Counted from the first letter of the stretch, positions 30,104 to 39,705 are shown. The stretch: DNA of 64,000 bases from Candidatus Sericytochromatia bacterium (GCA_035285865.1 JAYKHS010000030.1:32001-96000), one strand, 5' to 3'. The notes: generated by a model not told the origin, from the letters alone. Translations and numbers: made by a program.

Positions 30104-30985
30104 TCAGCGGAAGCCGAGGCCGAACGAGATCGTGACGGTTTGCAGCCAGTTTTCGGCGAAGCCATCGCTGAACGGTTGCTTGATGCGCTCGGTGCCCTTG
30201 GCGCCGCCCCCCAGATAGCGCAGATTGGCGAATACGTCATAGGACGGGGACAGGGCAAGACCCGTTCGCAGCGAGGCATCGAGCAGTGCTCCCTCGAAGG
30301 GGAAGTCCACGCCGTTGAAACCGGCGCTGGTGGCGTAGGAACCGTCGGCATCGACGGCCCACCACGCTCTGCCACCCAGGGGCTGGCGTGCGCGGAACTT
30401 CAGCAGGGGCACGGGACCGAGGTCGGTGCGGACGACGCGCTGTTCGCCGTTGGCCGATGAAAAGACGGACACGGCGTTTCGAAGCTGAAGACTGAGGCCC
30501 AGACCGAGTTCACGGTCTGGGTCGAGGTCGAAGTCATACAGGTAGCTGGTGCGGTAGAAGTCGAAGCCGTAGCGCACATCCAGCGGTGTCGCTCGCTTGA
30601 AAGTGATTTCCTCGACGCGCTCGTCCTTGGTCGTGACGGTCTGCGTGCGCAGATCGATGGGCTGGTAAAGGAAGGTCCACTTGTGCCGCTCACCGAAGGT
30701 CAGCCCGGCCTGCAGGCGCTGGAACGGGAAGAGCGTGTCCTGTCTGCCATCGGCGACATAGTCGAATACCGTGCCCTGCGAGCCGTACTGGATCTTGTGG
30801 GTGATGACGCTGACAGCACCAAGCTCGATCTGGCCATCGATACGGATGTCCGTACCGGGCGGGTTGGGCACGGGAAAGCCCCACTGTCCGACGACCGACC
30901 CCTGCGAGAGTTCGACCTCCGCCCCGAATGCCGGCGTACCCGGAAAGCCCAGCAGGAGTGAGGCGACCAAGGTTTTGCGCAGCAT
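30104..30985 (-). CDS. Hypothetical outer-membrane beta-barrel protein
   Basis: Signal peptide (PAFG-A), alternating amphipathic strands, C-terminal ISFGLGFR; GGGAG RBS. Confidence 0.7.
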   Translation of the reverse strand: MLRKTLVASLLLGFPGTPAFGAEVELSQGSVVGQWGFPVPNPPGTDIRIDGQIELGAVSVITHKIQYGSQGTVFDYVADGRQDTLFPFQRLQAGLTFGERHKWTFLYQPIDLRTQTVTTKDERVEEITFKRATPLDVRYGFDFYRTSYLYDFDLDPDRELGLGLSLQLRNAVSVFSSANGEQRVVRTDLGPVPLLKFRARQPLGGRAWWAVDADGSYATSAGFNGVDFPFEGALLDASLRTGLALSPSYDVFANLRYLGGGAKGTERIKQPFSDGFAENWLQTVTISFGLGFR

Positions 30986-31019
30986 GACGTTCTCCCGTTA
31001 AGTCAGGGGGCTTTCCGCC

Positions 31020-31059
31020 ATGCTGCACCAGTCGGCTGCGATTGTCCAACAATTGTCTA
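31020..31059 (-). promoter_or_regulatory. Promoter TGGACA-N17-CAGCAT overlapped by CarH-type repeats TAGACA/TGGACA
   Basis: TGTCCA 31043 and TGTCTA 31054 on + strand, 11 bp apart. Confidence 0.7.
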
Positions 31060-31084
31060 GATTATTGAGCAACGGGGGCATGCC

Positions 31085-32308
31085 CTAGCTTGAGGGGACG
31101 CCAGCCCGAGCGCTGACGCGCACGTCGTCGGGTGGTGCAGCGAAGAGTCCCGTCTCCCCCAAGCGGTCACGGAAGTAACCACTGATCGTGCCGGGTGCCT
31201 CACTGTATGTGCCGTCGGGTCGCCGGCCCATGCGGTCGTCGTATTTGGCCCAGTTTCCCTTGCCCTCGCGCAGCACGGGGTAGGTGCCTGCCGGATCGTG
31301 TATGGCAAGCCCGCGTGACGCAGAACCGAACTCGCGCATCACTTGGTCGAAGATCGGCTGCAGGACGTTCTTCTGCTCGTGAATGCCAAGCAGCAGGTTT
31401 CCCCGGTGCATGGCCGCCGCACGCGCAGCGGGTTCCGAGGTCCTGCGGGCCTCCTGATAGGCGGTGAAGGCGTCCCGGATCAAGCCATCCGGATCCCTGA
31501 TCTGGCCCGAGGCATAGCCTTCTGCGGCCAAAGCCAGAACACCGTCCCGGCCCTTTGATTCCGCATCGAGGAAGATGGCGAATGCCGGAGCGATATGGTC
31601 ATGGACCGTACGGTTCCCCTGCTCCAGTCGGATGGCCATCGCCTCGACGGATCGGGATACCCTGGGGATGGCGCGGAGCAATTTCGCGGCTGGCCATAGG
31701 CCGGGGGCAAGCAGGTCCATGGTCTTCAGGTCGGCCTCTGCGAGGACCATGGATACCGCTTGTCTCAGGGCACCTTGCTGAGCCATGATGCCCGCCAGGT
31801 CATCGGCAACCTTGGGTCCCCACTGGTGCACCCGATGGGGTTCCCGAGACAGGCCATGCTTGAGTTCCGCGAGCAGGCGCCTCGTCAGTGCCATGCTGCG
31901 CAGGGCAACGCCCACTTCATGCGAAGCATGCTGACCGAAGGCCATCCAGCTCGGGTGCTCGGGTTGCCCGAGCCAGGCCCTGAATGATTCCGACAGGGCG
32001 TGGTAGTCCCGGGTAACCTGCGTGTTCTGTACCAACGGATCGCGGCCTGCCGCACCGAGCAACGCGATATGGGGCACATCGAATGCCGATTTCTCGGTGG
32101 TTGCCGCCTTTGCGACCGCAACCACGGACGCGAGGTTGCCAGAACTCGCGAGGGGCCTCGCGGTCGGGACGCCTGACCTCACAAGGCTATCGGACGGGAT
32201 CCCCTTTGGCTGCACGGGATCGACCCGGTCGGCTGATGGACCGACACCCGGCCCGCCCTGACGTCCGAAGGGGGACAGGGCTCCATGGTCGTGCAGACGT
32301 GGCTTCAC
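31085..32308 (-). CDS. Hypothetical protein, DUF2515-like motif series; start uncertain
   Basis: N..VT..Y..LS, W..F...AS..VG, GN, HEQ..LQP, W....DRM; low-complexity N-terminus. Confidence 0.6.
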   Translation of the reverse strand: MKPRLHDHGALSPFGRQGGPGVGPSADRVDPVQPKGIPSDSLVRSGVPTARPLASSGNLASVVAVAKAATTEKSAFDVPHIALLGAAGRDPLVQNTQVTRDYHALSESFRAWLGQPEHPSWMAFGQHASHEVGVALRSMALTRRLLAELKHGLSREPHRVHQWGPKVADDLAGIMAQQGALRQAVSMVLAEADLKTMDLLAPGLWPAAKLLRAIPRVSRSVEAMAIRLEQGNRTVHDHIAPAFAIFLDAESKGRDGVLALAAEGYASGQIRDPDGLIRDAFTAYQEARRTSEPAARAAAMHRGNLLLGIHEQKNVLQPIFDQVMREFGSASRGLAIHDPAGTYPVLREGKGNWAKYDDRMGRRPDGTYSEAPGTISGYFRDRLGETGLFAAPPDDVRVSARAGVPSS

Positions 32309-32370
32309 GGGGCTACCTGTCCAAGTTGTACCCTGCACTTGACTTGCACTTGCCTGCAGCGCGCCCGGGT

Positions 32371-32398
32371 TGGACGAAATGCGGGCAAATGCTTGACA
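32371..32398 (+). promoter_or_regulatory. CarH-type autoregulatory site TGGACG/CGGGCA/TTGACA overlapping -35
   Basis: Hexamers at 32371, 32382, 32393 (11-bp period). Confidence 0.55.
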
Positions 32399-32448
32399 AG
32401 CCCTGCGGTGCTGCCGGAGGATGGATTGTCCCGCGGCGAGGCCTGTCT

Positions 32449-33411
32449 GTGCGTGAACTCGGTCCCTACAAGATGAGCTCGGTGGCCCGGTTGACCGGGT
32501 TTTCACCGATGTTGCTGCGCGCTTGGGAGAAGCGGTACGACCTGTTGCGGCCGATCCGCTCCCCCAAGGGGCATCGGCTGTATACGGACCAGGACTTGCA
32601 GGTTCTCCGTCGCGTCAAGGCCATGATCGACGAGGGGCGTTCAATCGGTGAGATTGCCGGTCTGGGTATCGAGGCCCTGCTGGCCGAGCCCTTGCCTCTA
32701 CCCCCTCGCCAGCAGCCTTCCGCGAAGCTGCTCGAGCCTGCAGATGACCGCGGGACGGACAGCGGTCGATCCGCAATGCTCGAGGCTCTGATCGAACGTC
32801 TGGTGCAGGGTGCCGTGCAGATGGACGAGATGGCGCTCGAGACCGCGCTGGACCAGGCCTTCGCCCGCTACAGCGTTGCCGTGGCCGTGGAGAATGTCAT
32901 CCGGCCGGCAACCATTCGTATCGGGGATCTCTGGCACGAGGGCGTGTGCTCGATCTCTGGAGAGCATCTGGCCAGCCAGGCGTTCACGCGCCGCCTGCAT
33001 CGCCTCTTGGACATCTCGCGCAACCGCGATGTTTCGCTACCGTACATCATCACGGCGTGTTTCCCCGACGAATGGCACGAGTTCGGCGCGCTACTCGTGG
33101 CCTTCTACATCTCTCAGGCGGGTGCACGGGTCCTGCACCTCGGGGCGTCGGTGCCCTTCGACGATCTGGAGCGTGCGCTCGAGAAGCTGGATCCTCAAGC
33201 GGTCTATCTGTCTGTGACCCGAGACAGCCTGTTTCGCGGCAACCGGGAGGCATTGGCCAGCCTCGCGACGCGTTGGGGCGATCGCGTGGCTTTCCACGTC
33301 GGTGGGCAGGGTGTCGGGTCCGATGAGGGTCTGGCAGCCTCGGGAGTGCGTGTCTGGCACCCCGGGTCATCCATCGCCCAGCTTGCGCTTTCCGAGATAC
33401 TGAAGCGATGA
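32449..33411 (+). CDS. carH: MerR-family B12-dependent photoreceptor/repressor (CarH/LitR)
   Basis: LRAWEKRY...GHRLYT HTH; W-x9-EH (WHEGVCSISGEH); ExHxxG (EWHEFG); SVT; VGG. Confidence 0.88.
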   Translation: MRELGPYKMSSVARLTGFSPMLLRAWEKRYDLLRPIRSPKGHRLYTDQDLQVLRRVKAMIDEGRSIGEIAGLGIEALLAEPLPLPPRQQPSAKLLEPADDRGTDSGRSAMLEALIERLVQGAVQMDEMALETALDQAFARYSVAVAVENVIRPATIRIGDLWHEGVCSISGEHLASQAFTRRLHRLLDISRNRDVSLPYIITACFPDEWHEFGALLVAFYISQAGARVLHLGASVPFDDLERALEKLDPQAVYLSVTRDSLFRGNREALASLATRWGDRVAFHVGGQGVGSDEGLAASGVRVWHPGSSIAQLALSEILKR

Positions 33412-34481
33412 GTGGTCGCGAATCCGCTAGGTCTGTCAAACAGGGCGTGCTATTGGTGAACCTCGGCACCCCCAATGCCCCGAAGGCTCCGGAAGTTCGT
33501 CGCTATCTCGCCGAGTTCCTCTCGGATCCACGCGTGCTGGACATTCCTGCGGTCGCCCGAGCACTGTTGCTTCGCCTGGTCATCCTGCCTTTCCGGCCGA
33601 GGAAATCCGCAGAGGCGTACCGCAAAATATGGACCGATCGCGGGTCTCCGCTGCTCGTGCATGGGCTGGACTTGGCGGTGGCCGTGCGTCAGCGTGTCGG
33701 TGCGGAGGTGCCCGTCGAACTCGGCATGCGGTACGGCCAGCCATCGCTTGGCGATGCGATGGCTCGGCTGGCTGCCGCCGGTGTCGATGAGTTGATCGTG
33801 CTGCCACTCTATCCGCAGTATGCGTCCTCATCGACCGGTTCCACGCTCGAGCGGGTCTACGCCTTGTTGGCGCAGGAGTGGAACGTGCCGCAGGTTCGCG
33901 TTGTCGGTGCCTTCTATGACCATCCGGCCTTCATTGCAGCCATGGCCCGGCATGTCGCCAAGGCACTCGAGGCTCTGCCTGGTGCGCACCTGTTGCTCAG
34001 TTACCACGGTCTGCCCGAGCGCCAATGTCGCAAGTCCGATCCGACCGGTCGCCATTGCCTCGCCTCCACGGAGTGCTGTGCAGCCATCGTCGAGGCCAAT
34101 CGGCATTGCTACCGGGCTCAGTGCATGGAGACGTCCCGCCGTCTTGCGGAGCGCCTCGATCTCACGGAGGAAGCCTGGACTGTTTCCTTCCAGTCGCGAC
34201 TCGGCAGGACTCCGTGGATTCGTCCATACACGGATGAGGTGCTGCCCGAGATGGCCCGAAGCGGCTGCAAGGATGTCGTCGTGGCTTGTCCTGCATTCAC
34301 TGCGGACTGTCTCGAGACGCTCGAGGAAATCGGCATGCGCGCAGCCGAAGACTTCTCGGCGGCCGGGGGCGGACGCCTGCATCTCGTGCCGGGCCTGAAT
34401 GCCGAGGCGCACTGGGCTGATGCCGTGGTGCAACTCCTGCGCGAGCAGGGCCTGAGGACCGGCGTCGCGGTCGGCGTCTGA
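33408..34481 (+). CDS. hemH: Ferrochelatase with C-x5-CC-x9-C insertion
   Basis: LLVNLGTP, FLSDPRV, PLYPQY, SYHGLP, FQSRLG, DCLETLEEI. Confidence 0.96.
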   Translation: MSGRESARSVKQGVLLVNLGTPNAPKAPEVRRYLAEFLSDPRVLDIPAVARALLLRLVILPFRPRKSAEAYRKIWTDRGSPLLVHGLDLAVAVRQRVGAEVPVELGMRYGQPSLGDAMARLAAAGVDELIVLPLYPQYASSSTGSTLERVYALLAQEWNVPQVRVVGAFYDHPAFIAAMARHVAKALEALPGAHLLLSYHGLPERQCRKSDPTGRHCLASTECCAAIVEANRHCYRAQCMETSRRLAERLDLTEEAWTVSFQSRLGRTPWIRPYTDEVLPEMARSGCKDVVVACPAFTADCLETLEEIGMRAAEDFSAAGGGRLHLVPGLNAEAHWADAVVQLLREQGLRTGVAVGV

Positions 34482-35272
34482 TGCCGGTCGAGGAGCTGGC
34501 GTGGACGCTCGGCGTCTCCGTGGCGATGTTTGCCCTGATCTGGGCTGTCTCCCTTCCTCTTCGCAACGCGTCCATCATCGATGCGTTCTGGGGGCCTGCT
34601 TTCGCGGTCATCGTCGGTACCGTGCTGTTTCGAGTGGGCGTCGCGGGGCCGCGTGCGGGCGTCCTTGCGGCCTTGGTGCTGCTGTGGGCCATGCGTCTGG
34701 GTGTCTATCTTGGACGGCGGCAGTTCGGTCATGCCGAGGACCCGCGGTATGCGGCCTTCCGTGCGGCGGATGGAGCGCATTTCTGGTGGCGCTCTTTCTT
34801 CAAGGTGTTCATGCTGCAGGCCCTGCTCGCCTGGGGACTGTCCCTGCCGATGCAGGCCGCACTGCTGGCACCTGACGCGGCGCATCCGACGGCGTGGGAT
34901 TTTGTCGGTTGGTGCTGTTTTGCGCTGGGCTTCGGTTGCGAGGTCATTGCGGACGCCCAGCTGGCTCGTTTCCGCAGGGAACGGACAACTCCGGACGCGG
35001 TGCTGGATCGAGGCCTGTGGCGTTACAGCCGTCATCCCAACTACTTCGGCGAGTCCTTGCTCTGGTGGGGCTTCGGGGCCGTGTCTCTTGCCGCGACAGG
35101 ATCATGGTGGGTCTGGCTGGGTCCTGCTGCGATGACCTTCCTGCTGTTGCGGGTTTCGGGCGTGACGCTGCTGGAGTCGGGTCTGCAAGCGAGAAAGCCA
35201 GCCTATGCGGCTTATGTGGCGCGTACGTCAGCTTTCGTACCGTGGTTCCCGCGCAAGACGGACGCTGCCTGA
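34481..35272 (+). CDS. DUF1295 membrane protein (steroid 5-alpha-reductase-like)
   Basis: NASIIDAFWG, EDPRY, ADAQL, GLWRYSRHPNYFGE. Confidence 0.9.
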   Translation: MPVEELAWTLGVSVAMFALIWAVSLPLRNASIIDAFWGPAFAVIVGTVLFRVGVAGPRAGVLAALVLLWAMRLGVYLGRRQFGHAEDPRYAAFRAADGAHFWWRSFFKVFMLQALLAWGLSLPMQAALLAPDAAHPTAWDFVGWCCFALGFGCEVIADAQLARFRRERTTPDAVLDRGLWRYSRHPNYFGESLLWWGFGAVSLAATGSWWVWLGPAAMTFLLLRVSGVTLLESGLQARKPAYAAYVARTSAFVPWFPRKTDAA

Positions 35273-35321
35273 GCCAGCGGGCGGGCCTGGAGTGGCCGAT
35301 TGCGCAGAGGGCATGTCGTGC

Positions 35322-35344
35322 TAGGCTTGTGTAAATATTGTCTA
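35322..35344 (+). promoter_or_regulatory. -10 TAGGCT followed by CarH-type repeats
   Basis: TGTGTA 35328 and TGTCTA 35339, 11 bp apart. Confidence 0.7.
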
Positions 35345-35357
35345 CATAGGAGGAGCC

Positions 35358-36113
35358 ATGGCGCGACATGTCCTGATCGTGGGTGCAGGCGGCGGCATCG
35401 GCTCTGCTCTGGCCCGTCGTCTCGTGGCAGCAGGGGATCGCGTGACGCTTGCGGGACGGCGCTCCGAGGTTCTGGAGGGTCTGGCCGGTGAACTGGGTGA
35501 GCGGGCTTTCCCGGTCGCCGGAGATGCCGGCGTGGCCGGCGAGATGGAGCGTGTCGTCCAGGAGGCCGAGGCCGCGCTTGGGCCTGTGGACGGGCTGGTC
35601 CACGCCGTCGGTTCAATTCTGATCCGGCCTTTGCATCTGACCCGCATCGAGGATCTCGATGCCGCGTTCCATGCCAATGTCAGGACGCTGTGGCACGCCA
35701 TGCGTGCCGTACTTCCGGGCATGCAGGCTCGCAAGGCGGGGGCCGTGGTGGCCTTCGGCAGCGTGGCGGGGCAGACCGGCATGGCCAGCCACGAAGCCAT
35801 CGCTGCAGCCAAGGGTGCCGTCGCTGCACTTGTCAGGAGCGCCGCGATCACCTATGCCTCGAGCGGTATTCGCATCAACGCCGTCGCGCCCGCTCTGGTC
35901 GACACGCCACTGGCATCGGGCCTCTTGCGTTCGGAGGCTGCGCGGGCCGCTTCCACCGCGATGCATCCCCTGGGACGCATCGGCCAACCCGAGGAGGTCG
36001 CCGCGCTTGTGGCCCATCTGCTTTCCGAGGATGCATCGTGGATCACGGGCCAGATCATCGGCATCGATGGTGGACTTGGTGCGGGTATCCCCAAGCCGGT
36101 GCGTCCCGGCTGA
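35358..36113 (+). CDS. SDR-family oxidoreductase
   Basis: GAGGGIG, HEAIAAAKGAV (atypical, no catalytic Tyr), NAVAP, ITGQIIGIDGG; AGGAGG RBS. Confidence 0.9.
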   Translation: MARHVLIVGAGGGIGSALARRLVAAGDRVTLAGRRSEVLEGLAGELGERAFPVAGDAGVAGEMERVVQEAEAALGPVDGLVHAVGSILIRPLHLTRIEDLDAAFHANVRTLWHAMRAVLPGMQARKAGAVVAFGSVAGQTGMASHEAIAAAKGAVAALVRSAAITYASSGIRINAVAPALVDTPLASGLLRSEAARAASTAMHPLGRIGQPEEVAALVAHLLSEDASWITGQIIGIDGGLGAGIPKPVRPG

Positions 36114-36148
36114 CCGCCATCGGCGGAAGGTGTCCGTCCGGTGTCGGG

Positions 36149-37363
36149 CTATGGAGCAAGCACGCGTTCGGCAGCGCGGATGCCGGCTTCCAGGGCCCCG
36201 TCGATGCTCGACCGCACCTGGGCATCCGAGGCGAGGAACACGCCCTGACGCGGAGTCTCGAGGGATGGACGGTCCGCGGTGGGCCAGAATTGTGCAGCGA
36301 GGTCAGTGTGGACGTGCCCAAGACGCGCATGGATGGTGTCTGCTGGCGAGAAATCCGAGAGCACCTGCCGTAGCCATGCTTCGCCATCCTCGGGTACTTC
36401 GGGCACTTGGAACACCGTCTGGTGGAGGCCATCCGGTGCGTAGGCCGGAGCAATGGTCGAGACGGGGCAAGCGACCCTGAAGGGGTCTGTCGGACGGCCC
36501 AGCAGCAACCGGCGTCCCGGTACCAGCGGCTTGTCGCTGTAGATGTGCAGGCTGACGGATTTCCGACCCTCAGGAATCGTGCATTCCGGAAGCAGCGTCC
36601 GCCAAGCGGAGGGATGGCTCGCGACAACCACGGTCTCGGCCTCGATGGATTCGCCGTCCGCAGTCCGGACGCCCGTCACCCGATCTCCGTTCATCATCAG
36701 GGCGATGACCTTGCGGCCGGTTTCGACTTCAGCCCCGCATCCGATGGCCAGGGCATCCGCGACGGCCTGCATGCCCCGTGCCGGCAAGGCAGCGCCGCCC
36801 TCGGCCAACATGCGCCAAGCCACCAGCATCTCCGCCGCGGGAGCTTCGAGCGTGTCCGAGAGTTGGACTCCGCCGAAGAAAGGCCGGAAGAAGGCTTCCA
36901 CGAGGCGGTCGGATACTCCCGCCTCGCGAAGGAGGGCGGCCGTGCTGCCGGTCCGCAACGTGGCGTCTCCCCTTAGCGCCAGGAGCGTCAGGCGCAGGAG
37001 GGCTCCCGCATCCGAGAACTGCCACCACGGGGCAGTCAGCAATCCTGACAGCGCGAGCGGGTCCTGGCGCGGATCCATGAGTCGCCGCCAGCGGCCATCC
37101 GGGTCCCGGATCCACGCTCCTCGGTCGACGGGGCGCAGGTCGAGACGGCGCACGTCCATCAGGCTGCGCAGGTGAGGATATGCGGGGAAGAGCACCTGGA
37201 AACCCGCATCGCGCACGTGATCATGGCTACCCGTTCCGCCGACCCGTCCACCGACCCTGTCGCCGGCCTCAAGAATCCGCACGGTGCGTCCAGCCCGAGA
37301 CAGTACGGTGGCTGCAGCTAGGCCGGCCATGCCGGCTCCCACGATGATGACCGACTGTCGCAT
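36149..37363 (-). CDS. FAD-dependent oxidoreductase (amine oxidase/protoporphyrinogen oxidase-like)
   Basis: IIVGAGMAGL, EAGDRVGGR, DAGFQV, FFRPFFGG, SSIDGALEAG. Confidence 0.88.
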   Translation of the reverse strand: MRQSVIIVGAGMAGLAAATVLSRAGRTVRILEAGDRVGGRVGGTGSHDHVRDAGFQVLFPAYPHLRSLMDVRRLDLRPVDRGAWIRDPDGRWRRLMDPRQDPLALSGLLTAPWWQFSDAGALLRLTLLALRGDATLRTGSTAALLREAGVSDRLVEAFFRPFFGGVQLSDTLEAPAAEMLVAWRMLAEGGAALPARGMQAVADALAIGCGAEVETGRKVIALMMNGDRVTGVRTADGESIEAETVVVASHPSAWRTLLPECTIPEGRKSVSLHIYSDKPLVPGRRLLLGRPTDPFRVACPVSTIAPAYAPDGLHQTVFQVPEVPEDGEAWLRQVLSDFSPADTIHARLGHVHTDLAAQFWPTADRPSLETPRQGVFLASDAQVRSSIDGALEAGIRAAERVLAP

Positions 37364-37365
37364 CT

Positions 37366-38766
37366 TCAGGACATTGCCCCTCGTCTGTCGGCCAGCACGG
37401 CAAGTGCACGCCGGCGTGCCGCGGCATGGTCGACCATCGGGGCCGGATAGGCCGCGATCCGAGCCAGCGGCGGGGCTGCCGCAGGTTCGTGGCGCCATTC
37501 GGCAGGAAGGTCGGCCAACTCGGGTACCCAGCGGGCAATGTAGCGGCCTTCCGGGTCGAATTTTCTGGCCTGAGTGGTCGGATTGAAGATGCGGAAGAAG
37601 GGCGCGGCGTCGGCCCCGCATCCGGCAGCCCACTGCCAGCCCAATGTGTTGCTCGCTGGGTCGGCGTCGACAAGCGTGTCCATGAACCAGCTTGCGCCTT
37701 CCTGCCATGGCAGCAGCAGGTCCTTGACCAGAAAGGACGCCACGATCATCCGGACCCGATTGTGCATCCATCCGGTTGCCCACAACTGACGCATCCCCGC
37801 ATCGACGACGGGGAAGCCGGTACGTCCCCGCTGCCAGGCCAGGCGTTCTTCGGGGGCCTGACGCCAGGGAAAGTCGGCTTGGCGGGTATCGAGGGGCTGG
37901 TCCAGCGTATGCGGGAAGTGATGCAGGAGGTGCCAGCCGAACTCGCGCCAGCCCAGCTCGCGGAGCCACGTTTCCGTGCCCGGATCCGGACGACCTGAGC
38001 AGGCCTCCATCGCCGCCCACCACGCCTGCCGTACGGAAATCCCGCCGTTCGCCAACCAAGGCGAGAGTGAAGATGTGCCTGGCTCTGCCGGCAGATCCCG
38101 TCTCTCGGCGTAGGCCCGTATGTCCGTGTCAACGAAGCGGGACAGCCGCAGAAGCCCGGAGGCCTCGTCAGGTGACCAGTGTCGATCCAGTTTGGTCGTC
38201 CAGGGGTGCACGGGGCGCCGCATCCGGCAAGCTGCTTCATCTGAGGGGAAGCGCCTTTCCGGCGGTACCAGTTCCGTCGGCGCGGGCACCGGTTGTGCCG
38301 GAGAAGGCCGCTGGGCGCAAGCTTTCCAGAAGGGTGTGAACACTCGGTAGGGCATGCCGCTACCTGTCGCGATGTCTTCCGGCTCCCACAGTGTCTGGCC
38401 CGGGTACCGCAGGAAACGGATGCCCGCAGGCTCGAGGATACGGGCCAATACCGTCTGGTCGCTGCTGCCGGCCGGGTCAAGCGCCCGCGTGCCGTAAATG
38501 GCCGACGCACCGCACTCGGCTGCCATTTTTTCCAGCACGGGCACGGCAGCTCCTCGGCGGCGGACAAGCGGGCTGCCTAGGCGCTCCAGATCTGCAGCGA
38601 GCGCGTCGATCTGGCGTTCTCGCCACCACGCCCTTGCGCTGCCGCTGTCGGCGTCTTCTTCCTCGATGACGATCGGCAGGACGCGGCCTGCCCTGGATGC
38701 AGCCAGCAGGGCCGGATGGTCCGCGATCCTGAGCGCATCGCGGAACCAGACGATTTGGACGGTCAA
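37366..38766 (-). CDS. phrB: Class I CPD DNA photolyase
   Basis: VWFRDALRIADHPAL, GTSSLSP, ELGWREF, TGWMHNRVRM, DADPASN, FRIFNP; TTG start chosen by hand. Confidence 0.95.
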   Translation of the reverse strand: MTVQIVWFRDALRIADHPALLAASRAGRVLPIVIEEEDADSGSARAWWRERQIDALAADLERLGSPLVRRRGAAVPVLEKMAAECGASAIYGTRALDPAGSSDQTVLARILEPAGIRFLRYPGQTLWEPEDIATGSGMPYRVFTPFWKACAQRPSPAQPVPAPTELVPPERRFPSDEAACRMRRPVHPWTTKLDRHWSPDEASGLLRLSRFVDTDIRAYAERRDLPAEPGTSSLSPWLANGGISVRQAWWAAMEACSGRPDPGTETWLRELGWREFGWHLLHHFPHTLDQPLDTRQADFPWRQAPEERLAWQRGRTGFPVVDAGMRQLWATGWMHNRVRMIVASFLVKDLLLPWQEGASWFMDTLVDADPASNTLGWQWAAGCGADAAPFFRIFNPTTQARKFDPEGRYIARWVPELADLPAEWRHEPAAAPPLARIAAYPAPMVDHAAARRRALAVLADRRGAMS

Positions 38767-38826
38767 CGGGGCGCACGTCTTTCCCGGGCAGGGCTTACAC
38801 TTTACCAGTTGAAGGAGGTCGAGGCT

Positions 38827-39660
38827 TTGCACGATCCGGTGCGCTGGGGTGTGCTCGGGGCCGGCAGGGCCGGGCGAGCGCGGGCCGAAGCCATTCGCGA
38901 CCTGCCCGGGGGCCTGCTCGTCGGTCTGTGGTCCCGCAGGGAGTGGCCGGATCCTGTCCAGCCGATGAGGCGTGCTCGGCCGGATGTCGTGGTGATTGCC
39001 ACAGAGGACGTCGCCCACGCCGAAACCATCGGGATGGCACTCGATGCGGGGGCCGATGTCCTCGTGGAGTATCCGCTCGTCACGGACCCGCAACAAGCGG
39101 CAGAACTCGACGCGTTGGCGCGGTCTCTCGGGCGGGGCATACGCGTCTCGTGGCTGGGATGGCAATCGGCTATCGGAAGGGCTGTGCGCGAAGCCGCCCG
39201 TGTACCCGGTCCGGCTCACTGGGACGTTCGCTTCACGGGGGGCATGGCCGGCTGGGTGGCCGATGGCCTCAAGCAAGGTCGTCATGCGACTCACGCCGCA
39301 GGGCGTCTGCGCATGCTCTGGGACCTGATGTCGGGTTGGCGTCACGCCGAGCTTGTCGTCAGGGAGAGCCGCGAAGGCGTGCGTGCGTGTTTCCGGCTCG
39401 AGGGACATCGCGGTGTCACCGCCGTACTCGAGGAGATCCGCGTGGCCGACGGCCCGCGGAAGGTTGCGTGGGAACGCGACGGAGTGGCCATCCGACCGAA
39501 TGGAGCAGCGCGTGCCTCGGCCTTCGCGGCCGACCAGGCGATCTGGTTGCGGACGTGGAACGAAGGTGGCTGGGGGCTCGGAGTGCAGGAAGAGGAGATC
39601 GACTTCGTGCGAGCTTGCGCCACGTTGGAACGGGATGCGCGGCAAGTGTTCGACGCCTAG
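38827..39660 (+). CDS. Gfo/Idh/MocA oxidoreductase, biliverdin reductase A-like
   Basis: GAGRAGRAR, LVGLWSRRE, VLVEYP; AAGGAGG RBS + TTG; -10 TACACT 38796. Confidence 0.7.
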   Translation: MHDPVRWGVLGAGRAGRARAEAIRDLPGGLLVGLWSRREWPDPVQPMRRARPDVVVIATEDVAHAETIGMALDAGADVLVEYPLVTDPQQAAELDALARSLGRGIRVSWLGWQSAIGRAVREAARVPGPAHWDVRFTGGMAGWVADGLKQGRHATHAAGRLRMLWDLMSGWRHAELVVRESREGVRACFRLEGHRGVTAVLEEIRVADGPRKVAWERDGVAIRPNGAARASAFAADQAIWLRTWNEGGWGLGVQEEEIDFVRACATLERDARQVFDA

Positions 39661-39662
39661 GA

Positions 39663-39700
39663 TGGCATGCTTTGTCTTGCTTCTGTGTTGATTTTGTGTA
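39663..39700 (+). promoter_or_regulatory. Extended -10 TGgCATGCT followed by three CarH-type repeats
   Basis: TGTCTT 39673, TGTGTT 39684, TGTGTA 39695 (11-bp period). Confidence 0.7.
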
Positions 39701-39705
39701 GGTAA

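Noticed and set aside
30986..31084. Cobalamin riboswitch ahead of the barrel gene
   Set aside because: Leader too short and no B12-box; CarH-type repeats explain the region better
38767..38826. CarH operator at the photolyase/BVR-like divergent promoter
   Set aside because: No 11-bp-phased TnnACA pair found by eye
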